A DNA stretch of 64,000 nucleotides from Chitinophagaceae bacterium UBA1931 (GTDB taxonomy: Bacteria > Bacteroidota > Bacteroidia > Chitinophagales > Chitinophagaceae): positions 967,342 to 1,031,341 of the forward strand of contig DDFJ01000001.1 of NCBI GenBank assembly GCA_002337125.1. The letters are read 5' to 3'. A program made the translations under genes and the position numbers. Of the stretch, positions 19,836-29,803 are shown piece by piece (within the stretch, counting starts at the first letter, position 1; each line of letters begins with the position of its first letter). The notes beneath the pieces are model-generated. The model worked only from the letters and a program-made list of their open reading frames with translations, ran no database searches and had not been told where the DNA came from.

Positions 19836-21107
19836 ATGAACAATATTAACATTAAGAAAAGTAAAGTATTTTTATTTCTGTATGCAATAGGCAGTGTAAT
19901 AATAATCCCTCTTGTTGGCCAACTTACATTTTCAGAAATACTTGTCGCTGTTTCTGTACCATTCCTGAGTTATAAAACTCTTTTTTCGAAATTTAAATCA
20001 CTGAACCAGTTATTAGTTGGATTTACAATCTTATTTTTTGGACAAGTAATAAGTGATATAATTAACCAAAGTGCAGTTAGTGACTTTTCCAGAGGTTGGG
20101 CATTGTTATTATCATCCTTCTTTTCAACATTATTTCTTATTTCACAGTTTTCAAAGAATGAGTCCAACTTGCTTTACTTCATTTTTTTATTATTCATAGT
20201 TCAATTGTTTTTTGGTTATGATGGTGGTGGATTTAATTCAATGGAAATTGGTGATAATTATTTTAAATACAGGTTTGCAGTTGCCTTAAACATGCTGACG
20301 ATCTTGTTAAGTTGCTATTATTATAAACGTGGCAAAAAGAATACAGCTACAATAATTATAATTCTAAACGGCATCGTTTCAATATTATTTGCAGCAAGAT
20401 CGAATGGTCTCATTCTGATAGTTTCCGGAATTATTCTTTTTTTTAAAGCCAATTCTATCCAGCTAAACTTCAAGAAAATATTCAAATACGCTTTTACCGG
20501 AACAATCTTACTATACATTTTATATGTTATTTATGCAAACCAGGTAGTCAATCATGATTTTGGAGGAATGAACTCAAAAAATCAGTTCGCTCTTATGTCA
20601 AATATTTACAATCCATTTGAACTAATAAAATATGGCAGAACTGATTTCTTTGTAACTCTATATGCCATAGTGAATAAGCCTGTTTTTGGGTATGGATCAT
20701 GGCCTGCGGACCCTGGCGGATATTACAGCACTCTGCTAAATATACTTTCAGGAGAACAATTATTTGACGAAACAGGCCATCTCCCGATTCATTCTATTTT
20801 GTTAGGTACTTGGGCAACAGCTGGTTTAATTGGCTTACTAGGCACTTTGTATTTATTTTTTTCTCTATTTAAAAGATTCTTTAAAATATATGTGAATAGT
20901 AAAACATCTGTTTTTTTGCCTTTAGTCATCGTTTTAACTATTGACATGTTTTGGACTTTTCTTTTCTCCCCCTTATCAGCCCTTCGTAGTTCTTTTCCTC
21001 TTTTTGCTGCTGCTATTATTATAGAGTTTCAGCAGCTGCAAAACATATCAGGTAATAATTTATCGAACCAAACTACATTAGCTAACAATACACTTAAGAA
21101 TATTTAA
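19836..21107 (+). CDS. wzy: O-antigen polymerase/ligase-like membrane protein (Wzy)
   Basis: 423-aa polytopic protein with a large loop followed by HSILLGTWATAGLIGLLG, a Wzy_C-like motif. Confidence 0.7.
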   Translation: MNNINIKKSKVFLFLYAIGSVIIIPLVGQLTFSEILVAVSVPFLSYKTLFSKFKSLNQLLVGFTILFFGQVISDIINQSAVSDFSRGWALLLSSFFSTLFLISQFSKNESNLLYFIFLLFIVQLFFGYDGGGFNSMEIGDNYFKYRFAVALNMLTILLSCYYYKRGKKNTATIIIILNGIVSILFAARSNGLILIVSGIILFFKANSIQLNFKKIFKYAFTGTILLYILYVIYANQVVNHDFGGMNSKNQFALMSNIYNPFELIKYGRTDFFVTLYAIVNKPVFGYGSWPADPGGYYSTLLNILSGEQLFDETGHLPIHSILLGTWATAGLIGLLGTLYLFFSLFKRFFKIYVNSKTSVFLPLVIVLTIDMFWTFLFSPLSALRSSFPLFAAAIIIEFQQLQNISGNNLSNQTTLANNTLKNI

Positions 21108-21108
21108 A

Positions 21109-21915
21109 ATGATTTTAATTTCAATAATAATAGCTACCTATAATGCCGGTAAAGACCTGCAAGCCTGCCTTGACAGTATTATCAGCCAAAAAAAAAATTA
21201 TATTGAGATAATAATAATCGATGGCAATTCAAGTGATAATACAAAAGAAATAATAAAAAGGAATGAGAATATAATTAGATATTGGGTGAGTGAACCAGAC
21301 AAAGGAATATATGATGCATGGAATAAAGGTATTTCACAAGCTAAAGGTAGCTGGATTATGTTCTTAGGAGCTGACGACCAACTATTGCACGGCTCACTAG
21401 ATATTTATAAAAAAGCCATCAGCGAACTAAAGAATGCAGACAATATTGATTTGATCTCTGCAAAAATGCAAATGGTTGATAAATATAACAGGCCAAAAAG
21501 AATTAAGGGTTCACATTTTGAGTGGCCGTTATTTTTAAAGAAAATGACAATAGCACATCCGGGGGCTTTACATTCTTCCCAATTATTTAAAAAAATTGGT
21601 AAATACAATACTGATTACCGAATCGTAGGTGATTATGAATTATTATTAAGAGCAGGCGCATCTTTAAACACCATTTTTATAAATGAAATTACCGTATTAA
21701 TGAAAGAAGGTGGGGTTAGCGACAATTCATCGGCCCTAAAAGAACACTATTTAGCCGTAATATCTACAACAAACTATTCAAAACTTAGGGCAAAAAAAGA
21801 TTTTGTTGTTTCTTATATAAAGTTTCAAATTCGAAAACACATACCTTTTATCACTTCAATATTTATAAAGAAAGCTACAAATAATGAGGATTCAATTCAT
21901 ATTACGAAACAATGA
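21109..21915 (+). CDS. Glycosyltransferase family 2
   Basis: Contains ISIIIATYNAGKDLQACLDSIISQ, IIDGNSSDNT and EPDKGIYDAWNKG (GT-A fold, DxD region). Confidence 0.85.
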   Translation: MILISIIIATYNAGKDLQACLDSIISQKKNYIEIIIIDGNSSDNTKEIIKRNENIIRYWVSEPDKGIYDAWNKGISQAKGSWIMFLGADDQLLHGSLDIYKKAISELKNADNIDLISAKMQMVDKYNRPKRIKGSHFEWPLFLKKMTIAHPGALHSSQLFKKIGKYNTDYRIVGDYELLLRAGASLNTIFINEITVLMKEGGVSDNSSALKEHYLAVISTTNYSKLRAKKDFVVSYIKFQIRKHIPFITSIFIKKATNNEDSIHITKQ

Positions 21916-23017
21916 ATTATATGGGGCCAATAGAGTTTTATTATCCATTGCAGATTATTTAAAAGCAAACAATCATGAAATTTCGATTCTTCTTCCATCA
22001 AAAGGTGGAATAACACAAGAGTTTGAAGACCGAAATATTCCGTACTATACGATTTTCTTTTTCCCTCCTTTTTTGTACTTCAGATTATCTCCAAAGTATC
22101 TTGCATGGCCAATTTTATTTTGTATAAATATTATCAAATTCTTTCCAATAGTAAACGTAGTTAGAAAATTTAACCCTGATATTATTTACTCTAACACCTC
22201 TGCAGAAAATATAGGGATCCTGATTTCAAAAATTTTAAAGAAAAAGCATATATCCCACATTCATGAGTTCATGTCGTTAGATTATGCGACGTTTTTTATA
22301 GCAGGCAAAAAAAACAAACAGGCATACATTAATCAAAGTGATGGAGTGATATTTGTTTCAAAAGCAGTTGCAAATTATATAATGGGGTCCAACACATTAA
22401 AGTCCAAACACAGAATAATTCCAAACGGAGTTCCAAATCCAGAAATAATTCTTCATAAAAAAACTTTGTCAGAAGAATTAAACTTTGGAATTGTTGGTAT
22501 TCTGTCGCCAGGAAAAGGGCAGGATTTAGCCATTGAATATTTTGCAAAACTACTTTTTCGTTATCCTAAATCAAAACTGCATATTTATGGAGATAAGGAA
22601 GGATGGTACAAAAAGAAAATTGTTCGGCTAATTAATAAACTCAATTTGCAGGAGAAAGTAATTCTTCATGGCTTTCAGCGAAATACTAATGCAATTTTCG
22701 AAACCCTCGATATTCTTTTTATGTTTTCGAAATCTGAAGGATTCGGAATGGTAACAGTTGAAGCCATGTTGCGAGGTGTGCCTGTTATAGGTTTCAACAA
22801 TGCCGGAACTGGCGAAATAATAACTGACAAACAAACCGGATGCTTATTCAATGATTACAATTCATTTCAAGATTCAGTATCTTATTTGATTTGCTCAAAT
22901 GATACTTATGAAAATATCCGTTCGCAAGCTCATATTACTGCCAAATCTCAATTTTGTGAATTGACTTTTACTCAAAACATTGAAAAGTTTATTAAACAAA
23001 TTGCCAACTCGAATTAA
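21884..23017 (+). CDS. Glycosyltransferase family 4 (GT-B)
   Basis: Contains FSKSEGFGMVTVEAMLRGVPVIGFNNAGTGEIITDKQTG (E-x7-E). It overlaps the upstream gene by 32 nt. Confidence 0.85.
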   Translation: MRIQFILRNNELYGANRVLLSIADYLKANNHEISILLPSKGGITQEFEDRNIPYYTIFFFPPFLYFRLSPKYLAWPILFCINIIKFFPIVNVVRKFNPDIIYSNTSAENIGILISKILKKKHISHIHEFMSLDYATFFIAGKKNKQAYINQSDGVIFVSKAVANYIMGSNTLKSKHRIIPNGVPNPEIILHKKTLSEELNFGIVGILSPGKGQDLAIEYFAKLLFRYPKSKLHIYGDKEGWYKKKIVRLINKLNLQEKVILHGFQRNTNAIFETLDILFMFSKSEGFGMVTVEAMLRGVPVIGFNNAGTGEIITDKQTGCLFNDYNSFQDSVSYLICSNDTYENIRSQAHITAKSQFCELTFTQNIEKFIKQIANSN

Positions 23018-23134
23018 AAATATATTAATGATGTACGTATTAACTAAAATAAAAATGATTGAATCGCAATATGAAACTTTATAAAACCTGCAATTAAAAA
23101 AAGATTTTATTCTGATACTAACAGTAAAAAATTA

Positions 23135-23911
23135 ATGCGAGTTTCAATCATAACAATTGTATATAATAATCAAAAGAATATTGCCGACTGTTTGCAATCT
23201 GTACACAGCCAAAACTATTCAAACATTGAGCATATAGTCATTGATGGAGGGTCAACGGATGGCACTCAGGAAAAAATAGCAAAATTCAATAAACATCTTT
23301 CCTGTTATATTTCAGAGAAAGATAATGGTTTATACAATGCACTTAACAAAGGGATAAAAAAAGCCACAGGTGATATCGTGGGAATTCTACATTCTGACGA
23401 TTTATTTTATAATGAAAATGTAATTTCAGATATCGTGGATTTCTTCCATAAAACAAATGCGGATTTAGTTTATGCAAATGGAATGTATGCAGACCAAAAA
23501 GATATAAGAAAAATTAAACGCTTTTATAAATCTTCGCCTTTTAAAAAATATTTTTTGAAATTTGGTTGGATACCTCTTCATACTACAATTTATGTTAAGA
23601 GAGATGTTTTCGAAAAGTATGGTTTATATGAAGAGTATTATAAAATTGCTAGTGATTATGAAATTTCATTAAGATGGTTTACAAGCAAAAAAATCACTAA
23701 AGCATTTCTTGATAAATGGGTTGTAAAAATGAGACTAGGTGGCAAAAGCACAACTCTTGGTCTTCAAAAGCTCAAGTCAAGTGAAGACCTTGCTATTATT
23801 AAGAAATACAACTTAAATGGATACTTTACACTAGCATTTAAAATATTAAGAAAGATCCCACAATACATATATCCTATGTTTATAAGTGTTAAAAAAGGTA
23901 AAAGAACTTAA
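23135..23911 (+). CDS. Glycosyltransferase family 2 (paralogue of 21109-21915)
   Basis: Contains VSIITIVYNNQKNIADCLQSVHSQ, VIDGGSTDGT and EKDNGLYNALNKG. It has the same architecture and length class as the other GT2. Confidence 0.85.
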   Translation: MRVSIITIVYNNQKNIADCLQSVHSQNYSNIEHIVIDGGSTDGTQEKIAKFNKHLSCYISEKDNGLYNALNKGIKKATGDIVGILHSDDLFYNENVISDIVDFFHKTNADLVYANGMYADQKDIRKIKRFYKSSPFKKYFLKFGWIPLHTTIYVKRDVFEKYGLYEEYYKIASDYEISLRWFTSKKITKAFLDKWVVKMRLGGKSTTLGLQKLKSSEDLAIIKKYNLNGYFTLAFKILRKIPQYIYPMFISVKKGKRT

Positions 23912-24006
23912 GTTTTAAAGTAAAAATATCTACTTTTAAAAATAGCTTTGAAGTTTAGTAAAAACATATTTAACAGCTTTTATAACTGCAGAAAAAGCCT
24001 ATCAAG

Positions 24007-25392
24007 ATGAGAGGGTCTACAAAAACGAAATATTTACAGCGTCTCTTTCTTGATTTTATTGTAATCACTTTTTGTTTTGTGCTTGTTCGAGTTTTATTCA
24101 AGAAATATCACGAACATATATTTGATCTACGTTCTTTTGTCTTACTCGGTTATATTTTATCTGCATGGTATTTTGCAGCTAAACTCACTAAACTTTACAC
24201 TGGATTTCTTGATCGCATTCTTTCAGCAGAATGGGTTGCCTTGATTAAAACTTATCTTACACATTTCCTTGCGGTAATTGCTGCATTATATTTTTTATCT
24301 AGAGATCCAATTCAAAACAAATGGTTTCTTATTGTCTTCGAGTTCCTACTTTTTTATTTTTTAGCAATTGAAAAATATTTAGCCCGATGGTATTTTGGAA
24401 GCCAACTCAGCGATCGATATAAAATACCTATAATTATTATAGGCACGGAAATACAAGGGATTAGATTTTATCAAAGGGTGCTTTTAAATTCAGCATATAA
24501 CTACAAATTGACAGGATTTATTGGAGAAACAGAACAACCATTAATTACGGATAAATATCTTGGCAAGATTGATGAACTGGACTCCGTTTTAAATCAGCAT
24601 TCAGATGTAGAAGAACTTATCATAGCATTACCTAACAGCTTAAACTATAAAATAAAAAAAATTATAAAATCAGGAGAAAAGAAGGCATTAAAAGTAAGAA
24701 TCGTGCCAGATTATTATGAATTTACAGAAACCTTTGGTATTTCTGACATAGCTTCAATACCAGTTATCTCTGTAAGAAAAATTTCCCTCGAAGACAGTGA
24801 AATCAGGCTCTTAAAAAGAGTATTTGATATTCTTTTTTCTACTTTTATTATTCTACTTGTTTTAAGCTGGTTATATCCAATTATAGCATTACTGATTAAA
24901 TTAGAATCAAAGGGACCTGTGCTTTTTAAACAATTACGGTCCGGACAGGCAAATAAGAATTTCTATTGCTACAAATTCAGGTCAATGAGATCTGACAATG
25001 ACAAACTAGATTTGCAGGCACAAAAAAATGACAGCAGGTTAACACGTATCGGAAAGTTTATACGAAAAACAAGCATTGACGAATTGCCCCAGTTTTTTAA
25101 TGTTTTAATTGGCAATATGTCGGTAGTAGGTCCAAGACCACATATGGTTGAACACACTGAAAAATATGCTGCAATAGTTGATGAATACATGATTCGTCAT
25201 TATGTTCAGCCAGGAATAACCGGCTGGGCACAGATTAATGGTTTCAGGGGAGAAACTAAAGATCCTTCCATGATGGAAGCTCGTATAAGACACGATATCT
25301 GGTATATTGAACATTGGAGTTTTTGGCTTGATCTGCAAATTATTATTCAAACAGTTATCAATGTTTTTAAAGGAGAAAAAAACGCATACTAA
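24007..25392 (+). CDS. Polyprenyl-phosphate hexose-1-phosphate transferase (WbaP/WcaJ-type initiating sugar transferase)
   Basis: It has N-terminal TM helices. The C-terminal Bac_transf domain reads KRVFDILFSTFIILLVLSWLYPIIALLIKLESKGPVLFKQLRSG...YKFRSM...TRIGKFIRKTSIDELPQFFNVLIGNMSVVGPRPH. Confidence 0.9.
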   Translation: MRGSTKTKYLQRLFLDFIVITFCFVLVRVLFKKYHEHIFDLRSFVLLGYILSAWYFAAKLTKLYTGFLDRILSAEWVALIKTYLTHFLAVIAALYFLSRDPIQNKWFLIVFEFLLFYFLAIEKYLARWYFGSQLSDRYKIPIIIIGTEIQGIRFYQRVLLNSAYNYKLTGFIGETEQPLITDKYLGKIDELDSVLNQHSDVEELIIALPNSLNYKIKKIIKSGEKKALKVRIVPDYYEFTETFGISDIASIPVISVRKISLEDSEIRLLKRVFDILFSTFIILLVLSWLYPIIALLIKLESKGPVLFKQLRSGQANKNFYCYKFRSMRSDNDKLDLQAQKNDSRLTRIGKFIRKTSIDELPQFFNVLIGNMSVVGPRPHMVEHTEKYAAIVDEYMIRHYVQPGITGWAQINGFRGETKDPSMMEARIRHDIWYIEHWSFWLDLQIIIQTVINVFKGEKNAY

Positions 25393-25436
25393 CTATTTTA
25401 ATTCCTGCTTCACAGGATAAAGAATCTATTTGTTAC

Positions 25437-27074
25437 ATGATGAAAAATGTTCAGAAAAGGCTATTTTCATTTATATTCCTCTGTTTTGTTTCGTTGACAT
25501 CATTTGCACAATCGCTTACAATCAATCATGAAAATGAGTTACTGGAGTTTAAAAAGAAAAACACAGACACTCATTATTCGTTTATGATGTACCCGTTAAC
25601 TGATGACTCTTTAGATACTTATCAATCTAAGCCTGTTAAAAAAATTATCTATAAAAAGGATTTTTCGTTTAGCATTTTTAATCCTGAATTTGTAACACGT
25701 TATAATAGTAAAGCTCCGTTTGGCTGGAATGATGGGACCATGATACCTAACAGAGGCTTTCAAAATATGACCACTACAGGCTTTTTCTTGAAAAAGAATT
25801 TTTTCTCTGTTCAGGTCAAACCAGAACTATTGTTAGTTCAGAATAAACCATTTCTAACATTTCCTGAAATATACAGCGATAACTTATGGGCAGTGAGGTA
25901 CAACCTTTTCAACCAGGTTGACAATCCTGAACATTTTACAAAAGTCAGGAAATTTTACCCCGGACAATCTAATATTAAATTAACCTTCAAAAAGTTATCG
26001 GCTGGTATTTCAACAGAAAACAGATGGTGGGGACCCGGACGTTATAACAGTATTTTAATGACTAATAATGCTCCCGGTTTCTTACATATTTTCCTTCAAA
26101 CAGAAAGACCAATAAATACCAAAATCGGGAGTTTTGAATTTCAGTTTATTGCCGGAGATATTTATGGTTCGGGTGAATTACCACCTGATACCGGAAGGAC
26201 AATCAACAATATAAGACTGTATAAAGCAAAGCCAGATAATGACAAGAGATACATCAATGGTTTAGTACTTGCATACCGGCCTTCTTTTGCCAAAGGTTTA
26301 TCATTAGGAATTGGAAGAGTTTTCTATTTGTACAAGACCGACAGGTTAAAAACATTTGACGGATATTTACCGGTATTTGGTGGTGTGTTTAAAAATGAAA
26401 CAACTAACGAGGACGAAAAAAAAAGAGATCAACTTCTTTCTGTTTACCTAAAACAACAATTTGAGAATGGTAAATCAGACATCTATCTTGAATTTGCAAG
26501 AAATGATCATGCATGGAATTTGCGGGATTTCATTTCCGATCCTTTTCATTCGAGGGCATACATAGCCGGGGTTAACAAATATTACAAACTACCCAAGCGT
26601 ACATTAAATATTAATATTGAAATTTCTGAACTAAGTAAATCAGCAAAAACAAATCCAAGAGCAACTCCTTATTGGTATACACATCACCAGGTTGTTCATG
26701 GTTATACTAATTACGGACAGGTACTTGGTGCAGGAATTGGCCCTGGTTCTGCTATGCAATCTGTAACGGCTGATTTCATCAAATCACCCACGAATAATTT
26801 CGGTTTTTACGTGTACCGCATTGAACGAAACAAAGATTTCTTTTATGATGCATTTCTTCCGACATATGAATATTACAGGAAGTGGGTGGATATGGTACTG
26901 GGATTCAAAATAAACAAATCGTTTAAATATTTCAATCTCTGTTCCAATATTAATTTCATACGATCTTACAACTATGAATGGCAGTATAATCCAACATCAC
27001 AAAACGGGCCATTGAAAGATGGGGTTGATATACTCAACTTATCTGCAAATGTTTCGCTTCAATACAAATTATAA
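25437..27074 (+). CDS. Outer-membrane beta-barrel protein, possibly Wzi-like capsule assembly protein
   Basis: 545 aa with a signal peptide. It shows alternating-hydrophobicity beta-strand character and a terminal aromatic/aliphatic strand (NVSLQYKL). It is the last gene of the polysaccharide locus. The family call comes from context plus general resemblance only. Confidence 0.5.
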   Translation: MMKNVQKRLFSFIFLCFVSLTSFAQSLTINHENELLEFKKKNTDTHYSFMMYPLTDDSLDTYQSKPVKKIIYKKDFSFSIFNPEFVTRYNSKAPFGWNDGTMIPNRGFQNMTTTGFFLKKNFFSVQVKPELLLVQNKPFLTFPEIYSDNLWAVRYNLFNQVDNPEHFTKVRKFYPGQSNIKLTFKKLSAGISTENRWWGPGRYNSILMTNNAPGFLHIFLQTERPINTKIGSFEFQFIAGDIYGSGELPPDTGRTINNIRLYKAKPDNDKRYINGLVLAYRPSFAKGLSLGIGRVFYLYKTDRLKTFDGYLPVFGGVFKNETTNEDEKKRDQLLSVYLKQQFENGKSDIYLEFARNDHAWNLRDFISDPFHSRAYIAGVNKYYKLPKRTLNINIEISELSKSAKTNPRATPYWYTHHQVVHGYTNYGQVLGAGIGPGSAMQSVTADFIKSPTNNFGFYVYRIERNKDFFYDAFLPTYEYYRKWVDMVLGFKINKSFKYFNLCSNINFIRSYNYEWQYNPTSQNGPLKDGVDILNLSANVSLQYKL

Positions 27075-27091
27075 GATTACAATTCATTAAT

Positions 27092-27122
27092 AAAAAAGGC
27101 GTTTCAATGAAACGCCTTTTTT
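27092..27122. terminator. Bidirectional rho-independent terminator between convergent operons
   Basis: aaaaaaggcgtttcaatgaaacgcctttttt has a perfect 8-bp GC-containing stem (ggcgtttc/gaaacgcc) flanked by an A-tract and a T-tract. It lies between the stops at 27074 (+) and 27158 (-). Confidence 0.85.
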
Positions 27123-27157
27123 ATTTTGTATGTTCGATGAAAGAGTCAACTTCATAA

Positions 27158-28633
27158 TCAGAGATTACGAATCCAGCCCTCGTAATAAACTGCAGCTTTT
27201 GATTCTGCGTTTTGCTGAAAACTGGTTTTGGTAAGTTTCAGTTGTTTTAATGCATCAATGTTTTTATACACGCCTGCTTTTAATCCGGCCATAAATGCTG
27301 CTCCTAAAGCTGACACATCAGCAATACCAATATTCACCACTTGTTTCTGTAACAGCTCAGCAATAAACTGCATCACAAATTTGTTGGAAGTAATACCACC
27401 ATCTGCATTCAGTTGCTGTAATGAAACACCGGCATCTATTTCCATAGCTGTTATCACATCTTTGATCTGGTAAGGAATGGATTCAAGTGCCGCACGTACA
27501 ATATGATTTTTAGTTGACCCAAAACTCAAACCAACAATTGACGCTCTCCTATCCATTTGCCAATGCGGCGAACCTAGTCCGCTGAAGGCAGGAATAAGGT
27601 AGACTCCACCGTTATCAGCAACAGCATTGGCCATTGCTTCTGTTTCTTTACTGTCGCTGAATAAATTTAATTCGTTCTTTATCCATTCAATTGTTGCACC
27701 GCAGGAAACAATCACACCTTCCAGTGCATAATCAACTCTTTCTTCGGTACTCCAGCAAATCGTTGTGACCATTCCATTAGCAGATTGAACAGGCTTGTTG
27801 CCGATGTTCATTAAAATACTGCAGCCGGTTCCCAATGTTGCTTTTGCAGTTCCTGTTTCAAAACAACCTTCTCCAAATGCAGCAGCATGTGAATCTCCAA
27901 TCATTCCTGTTACCGGTACTGCTGTTGAAAGCATGCCGTTCAATGTTGTTTCTCCAAAGAAAGAAGAAGATGGTTTTACCTGTGGTAGCTGAATACCTGT
28001 TAAGCCAAATACTTTGATCAGCTCTTCATCCCATTGCAATGAATGAAGATTAAAAAACATGGTACGTGATGCATTGGTATAATCTGTTGCATAGGATTGA
28101 CCATTGGTGAATTTGTACAACAACCAGGCATCAACTGTTCCAAAATATGCTTCACCTTTAGCAAGAGCTGCTTTTACAGTATCATTATTCTTCGATAACC
28201 AGATAAGTTTTGTAGCTGAGAAATAGGGATCAATCACCAACCCGGTTTTTTGCTGAATGGTTTCTGCAAGCCCCTGTTGTTTTAATTCTTCGCAGAGCTG
28301 CACAGAACGTTTACACTGCCATACAACAGCATTGTGCAAAGGCTTTCCATTTTTATCCCACAGCACAAACGTTTCACGTTGGTTGGAAATACCAATACCT
28401 GCAATTTTACTTTTGTGAAATCCTTTTTCAGCAAACTGCTGCAGGCATTTTTGCACTGAAGCAAGTACATTCTCATAAATCACCTCAGGTTCCTGTTCAA
28501 CAAAACCATTATCGGTATAATGAGTAAACAAAGGTTCAGAACCTTTGGCAACAGCCTGTCCCTTTTCATCAAAAATTAATGACTTGGTTGAGCTGGTACC
28601 CTGATCAATTGCTAAAATATATTTCGCAGACAT
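27158..28633 (-). CDS. FGGY-family carbohydrate kinase (glycerol-kinase-like paralogue; candidate ketopentose/apulose kinase)
   Basis: 491 aa with YILAIDQGTSSTKSLIFDEKG and GIGISNQRETFVLWDKNGKPLHNAVVWQCKRS. This is close to, but deviates from, the canonical GlpK (WQDRRT). It is co-operonic with a split transketolase. Confidence 0.85.
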   Translation of the reverse strand: MSAKYILAIDQGTSSTKSLIFDEKGQAVAKGSEPLFTHYTDNGFVEQEPEVIYENVLASVQKCLQQFAEKGFHKSKIAGIGISNQRETFVLWDKNGKPLHNAVVWQCKRSVQLCEELKQQGLAETIQQKTGLVIDPYFSATKLIWLSKNNDTVKAALAKGEAYFGTVDAWLLYKFTNGQSYATDYTNASRTMFFNLHSLQWDEELIKVFGLTGIQLPQVKPSSSFFGETTLNGMLSTAVPVTGMIGDSHAAAFGEGCFETGTAKATLGTGCSILMNIGNKPVQSANGMVTTICWSTEERVDYALEGVIVSCGATIEWIKNELNLFSDSKETEAMANAVADNGGVYLIPAFSGLGSPHWQMDRRASIVGLSFGSTKNHIVRAALESIPYQIKDVITAMEIDAGVSLQQLNADGGITSNKFVMQFIAELLQKQVVNIGIADVSALGAAFMAGLKAGVYKNIDALKQLKLTKTSFQQNAESKAAVYYEGWIRNL

Positions 28634-28646
28634 TGTTTATTTTTTT

Positions 28647-28664
28647 CACAGATTTACAGATGAG
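28647..28664. repeat. Short copy of the CACAGAT intergenic repeat family
   Basis: cacagatttacagatgag, 14 nt upstream of the kinase start codon. Confidence 0.5.
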
Positions 28665-28769
28665 TTCAAGCGTCCCCATTGTTCTGTTTTGTTTTGGGCA
28701 ACAGAATAAAACGAGAACAATAATAAAAGGCAGATAATGTTAAAACGTGCAGCAATCATTTTCCATTTT

Positions 28770-29732
28770 TTATGACAGCAATTTTTTTGCCTGTTCAGAA
28801 ATTCCTTCTGCACTTATTCCGTAATGTTTGAATATTTCAACCTGTGAACCACTCACTGTGTATTCATCTGGAATACCCATAATTTTAAACGGCCTGCAAT
28901 AACCATTCTGCAACAGGTAAGAAGCACAAGCTTCCCCAAGTCCGCCATTTACACTATGCTCTTCAACTGTAATGATTGCTTTTACTTTTCCTGCAAGTGC
29001 AGAAAGCAATTCCGTATCGAGTGGTTTAATTGTATGCATACTTACCACTGTTGCATTAATGCCGCTTTCTTTCAGCAATGCTGCAGCCTTTACTGCCGGA
29101 TCAACTGTTTCGCCATTGGCGATGATAGCAAGATCATCTCCTTCAGTAATCACTCTTCCTTTACCAAAAGCAAAAACTTCATTGCTGTTTTCTTTCAGCA
29201 AAGGCATTATTTTTTTACCGAAGCGTAGATAAACTGGTTGTTTACTTTCAGCAGCAAGTATTGTTGCCTGCTCGGTTTCATAATTATCAGCCGGAGCAAC
29301 AATGATGATATTATTGATTGCACGTAATGCAGCAAAATCATGCAGACTGTGATGTGTGCTTCCCAATGCTCCATAACTAACACCGGCACTGATACCAACT
29401 ACAGTAACAGGATGATCGCTGTAACAAATATCATTTTTGATTTGCTCCAATGACCTTGCAGTTAAAAAACATGCAGGTGATACAGCAAATACTTTTTTAT
29501 CGCATGAACCAAGTCCTGCGGCTACACCAACAAGGTTCTGTTCTGCAATACCCACTTCAACAATCTGCTTCGGAAACTTTTTACCAAACGGAACAAGTTT
29601 TCCCGAACCTCTTGAATCGCTTGTTACAGCAATGATGTTCTGATCAGTTTCTGCCAAACGCTGCAGTGTTTCTGAAAACACATCCTGGTTTGGTTTATCT
29701 CCTCCCGGAATAATATTTATTTGTTCTGCCAT
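28770..29732 (-). CDS. Transketolase, C-terminal (pyrimidine-binding) subunit of a split enzyme
   Basis: 320 aa with VEVGIAEQNLVGVAAGL and GSTHHSLHDFAALRAINNIIIVAPAD. Confidence 0.9.
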   Translation of the reverse strand: MAEQINIIPGGDKPNQDVFSETLQRLAETDQNIIAVTSDSRGSGKLVPFGKKFPKQIVEVGIAEQNLVGVAAGLGSCDKKVFAVSPACFLTARSLEQIKNDICYSDHPVTVVGISAGVSYGALGSTHHSLHDFAALRAINNIIIVAPADNYETEQATILAAESKQPVYLRFGKKIMPLLKENSNEVFAFGKGRVITEGDDLAIIANGETVDPAVKAAALLKESGINATVVSMHTIKPLDTELLSALAGKVKAIITVEEHSVNGGLGEACASYLLQNGYCRPFKIMGIPDEYTVSGSQVEIFKHYGISAEGISEQAKKLLS

Positions 29733-29767
29733 TATTTTAATTTTCTCTCACTGTTGCTAAAATACTT

Positions 29768-29796
29768 CTCACAGATTACACAGATTAACACAGAAA
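29768..29796. repeat. CACAGAT intergenic repeat
   Basis: ctcacagattacacagattaacacagaaa has three CACAGA units at 9-10 nt spacing. It lies between the two transketolase subunit genes. Confidence 0.7.
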
Positions 29797-29803
29797 TGCT
29801 TTG

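Noticed and set aside
27158-28633. Calling this gene a genuine glycerol kinase (glpK).
   Set aside because: The overall fold is clearly GlpK-like FGGY. However, the conserved WQDRRT region reads WQCKRS, and the gene is co-operonic with a split transketolase and a sugar isomerase rather than with glpF/glpD. A sugar (ketopentose) kinase is more likely.
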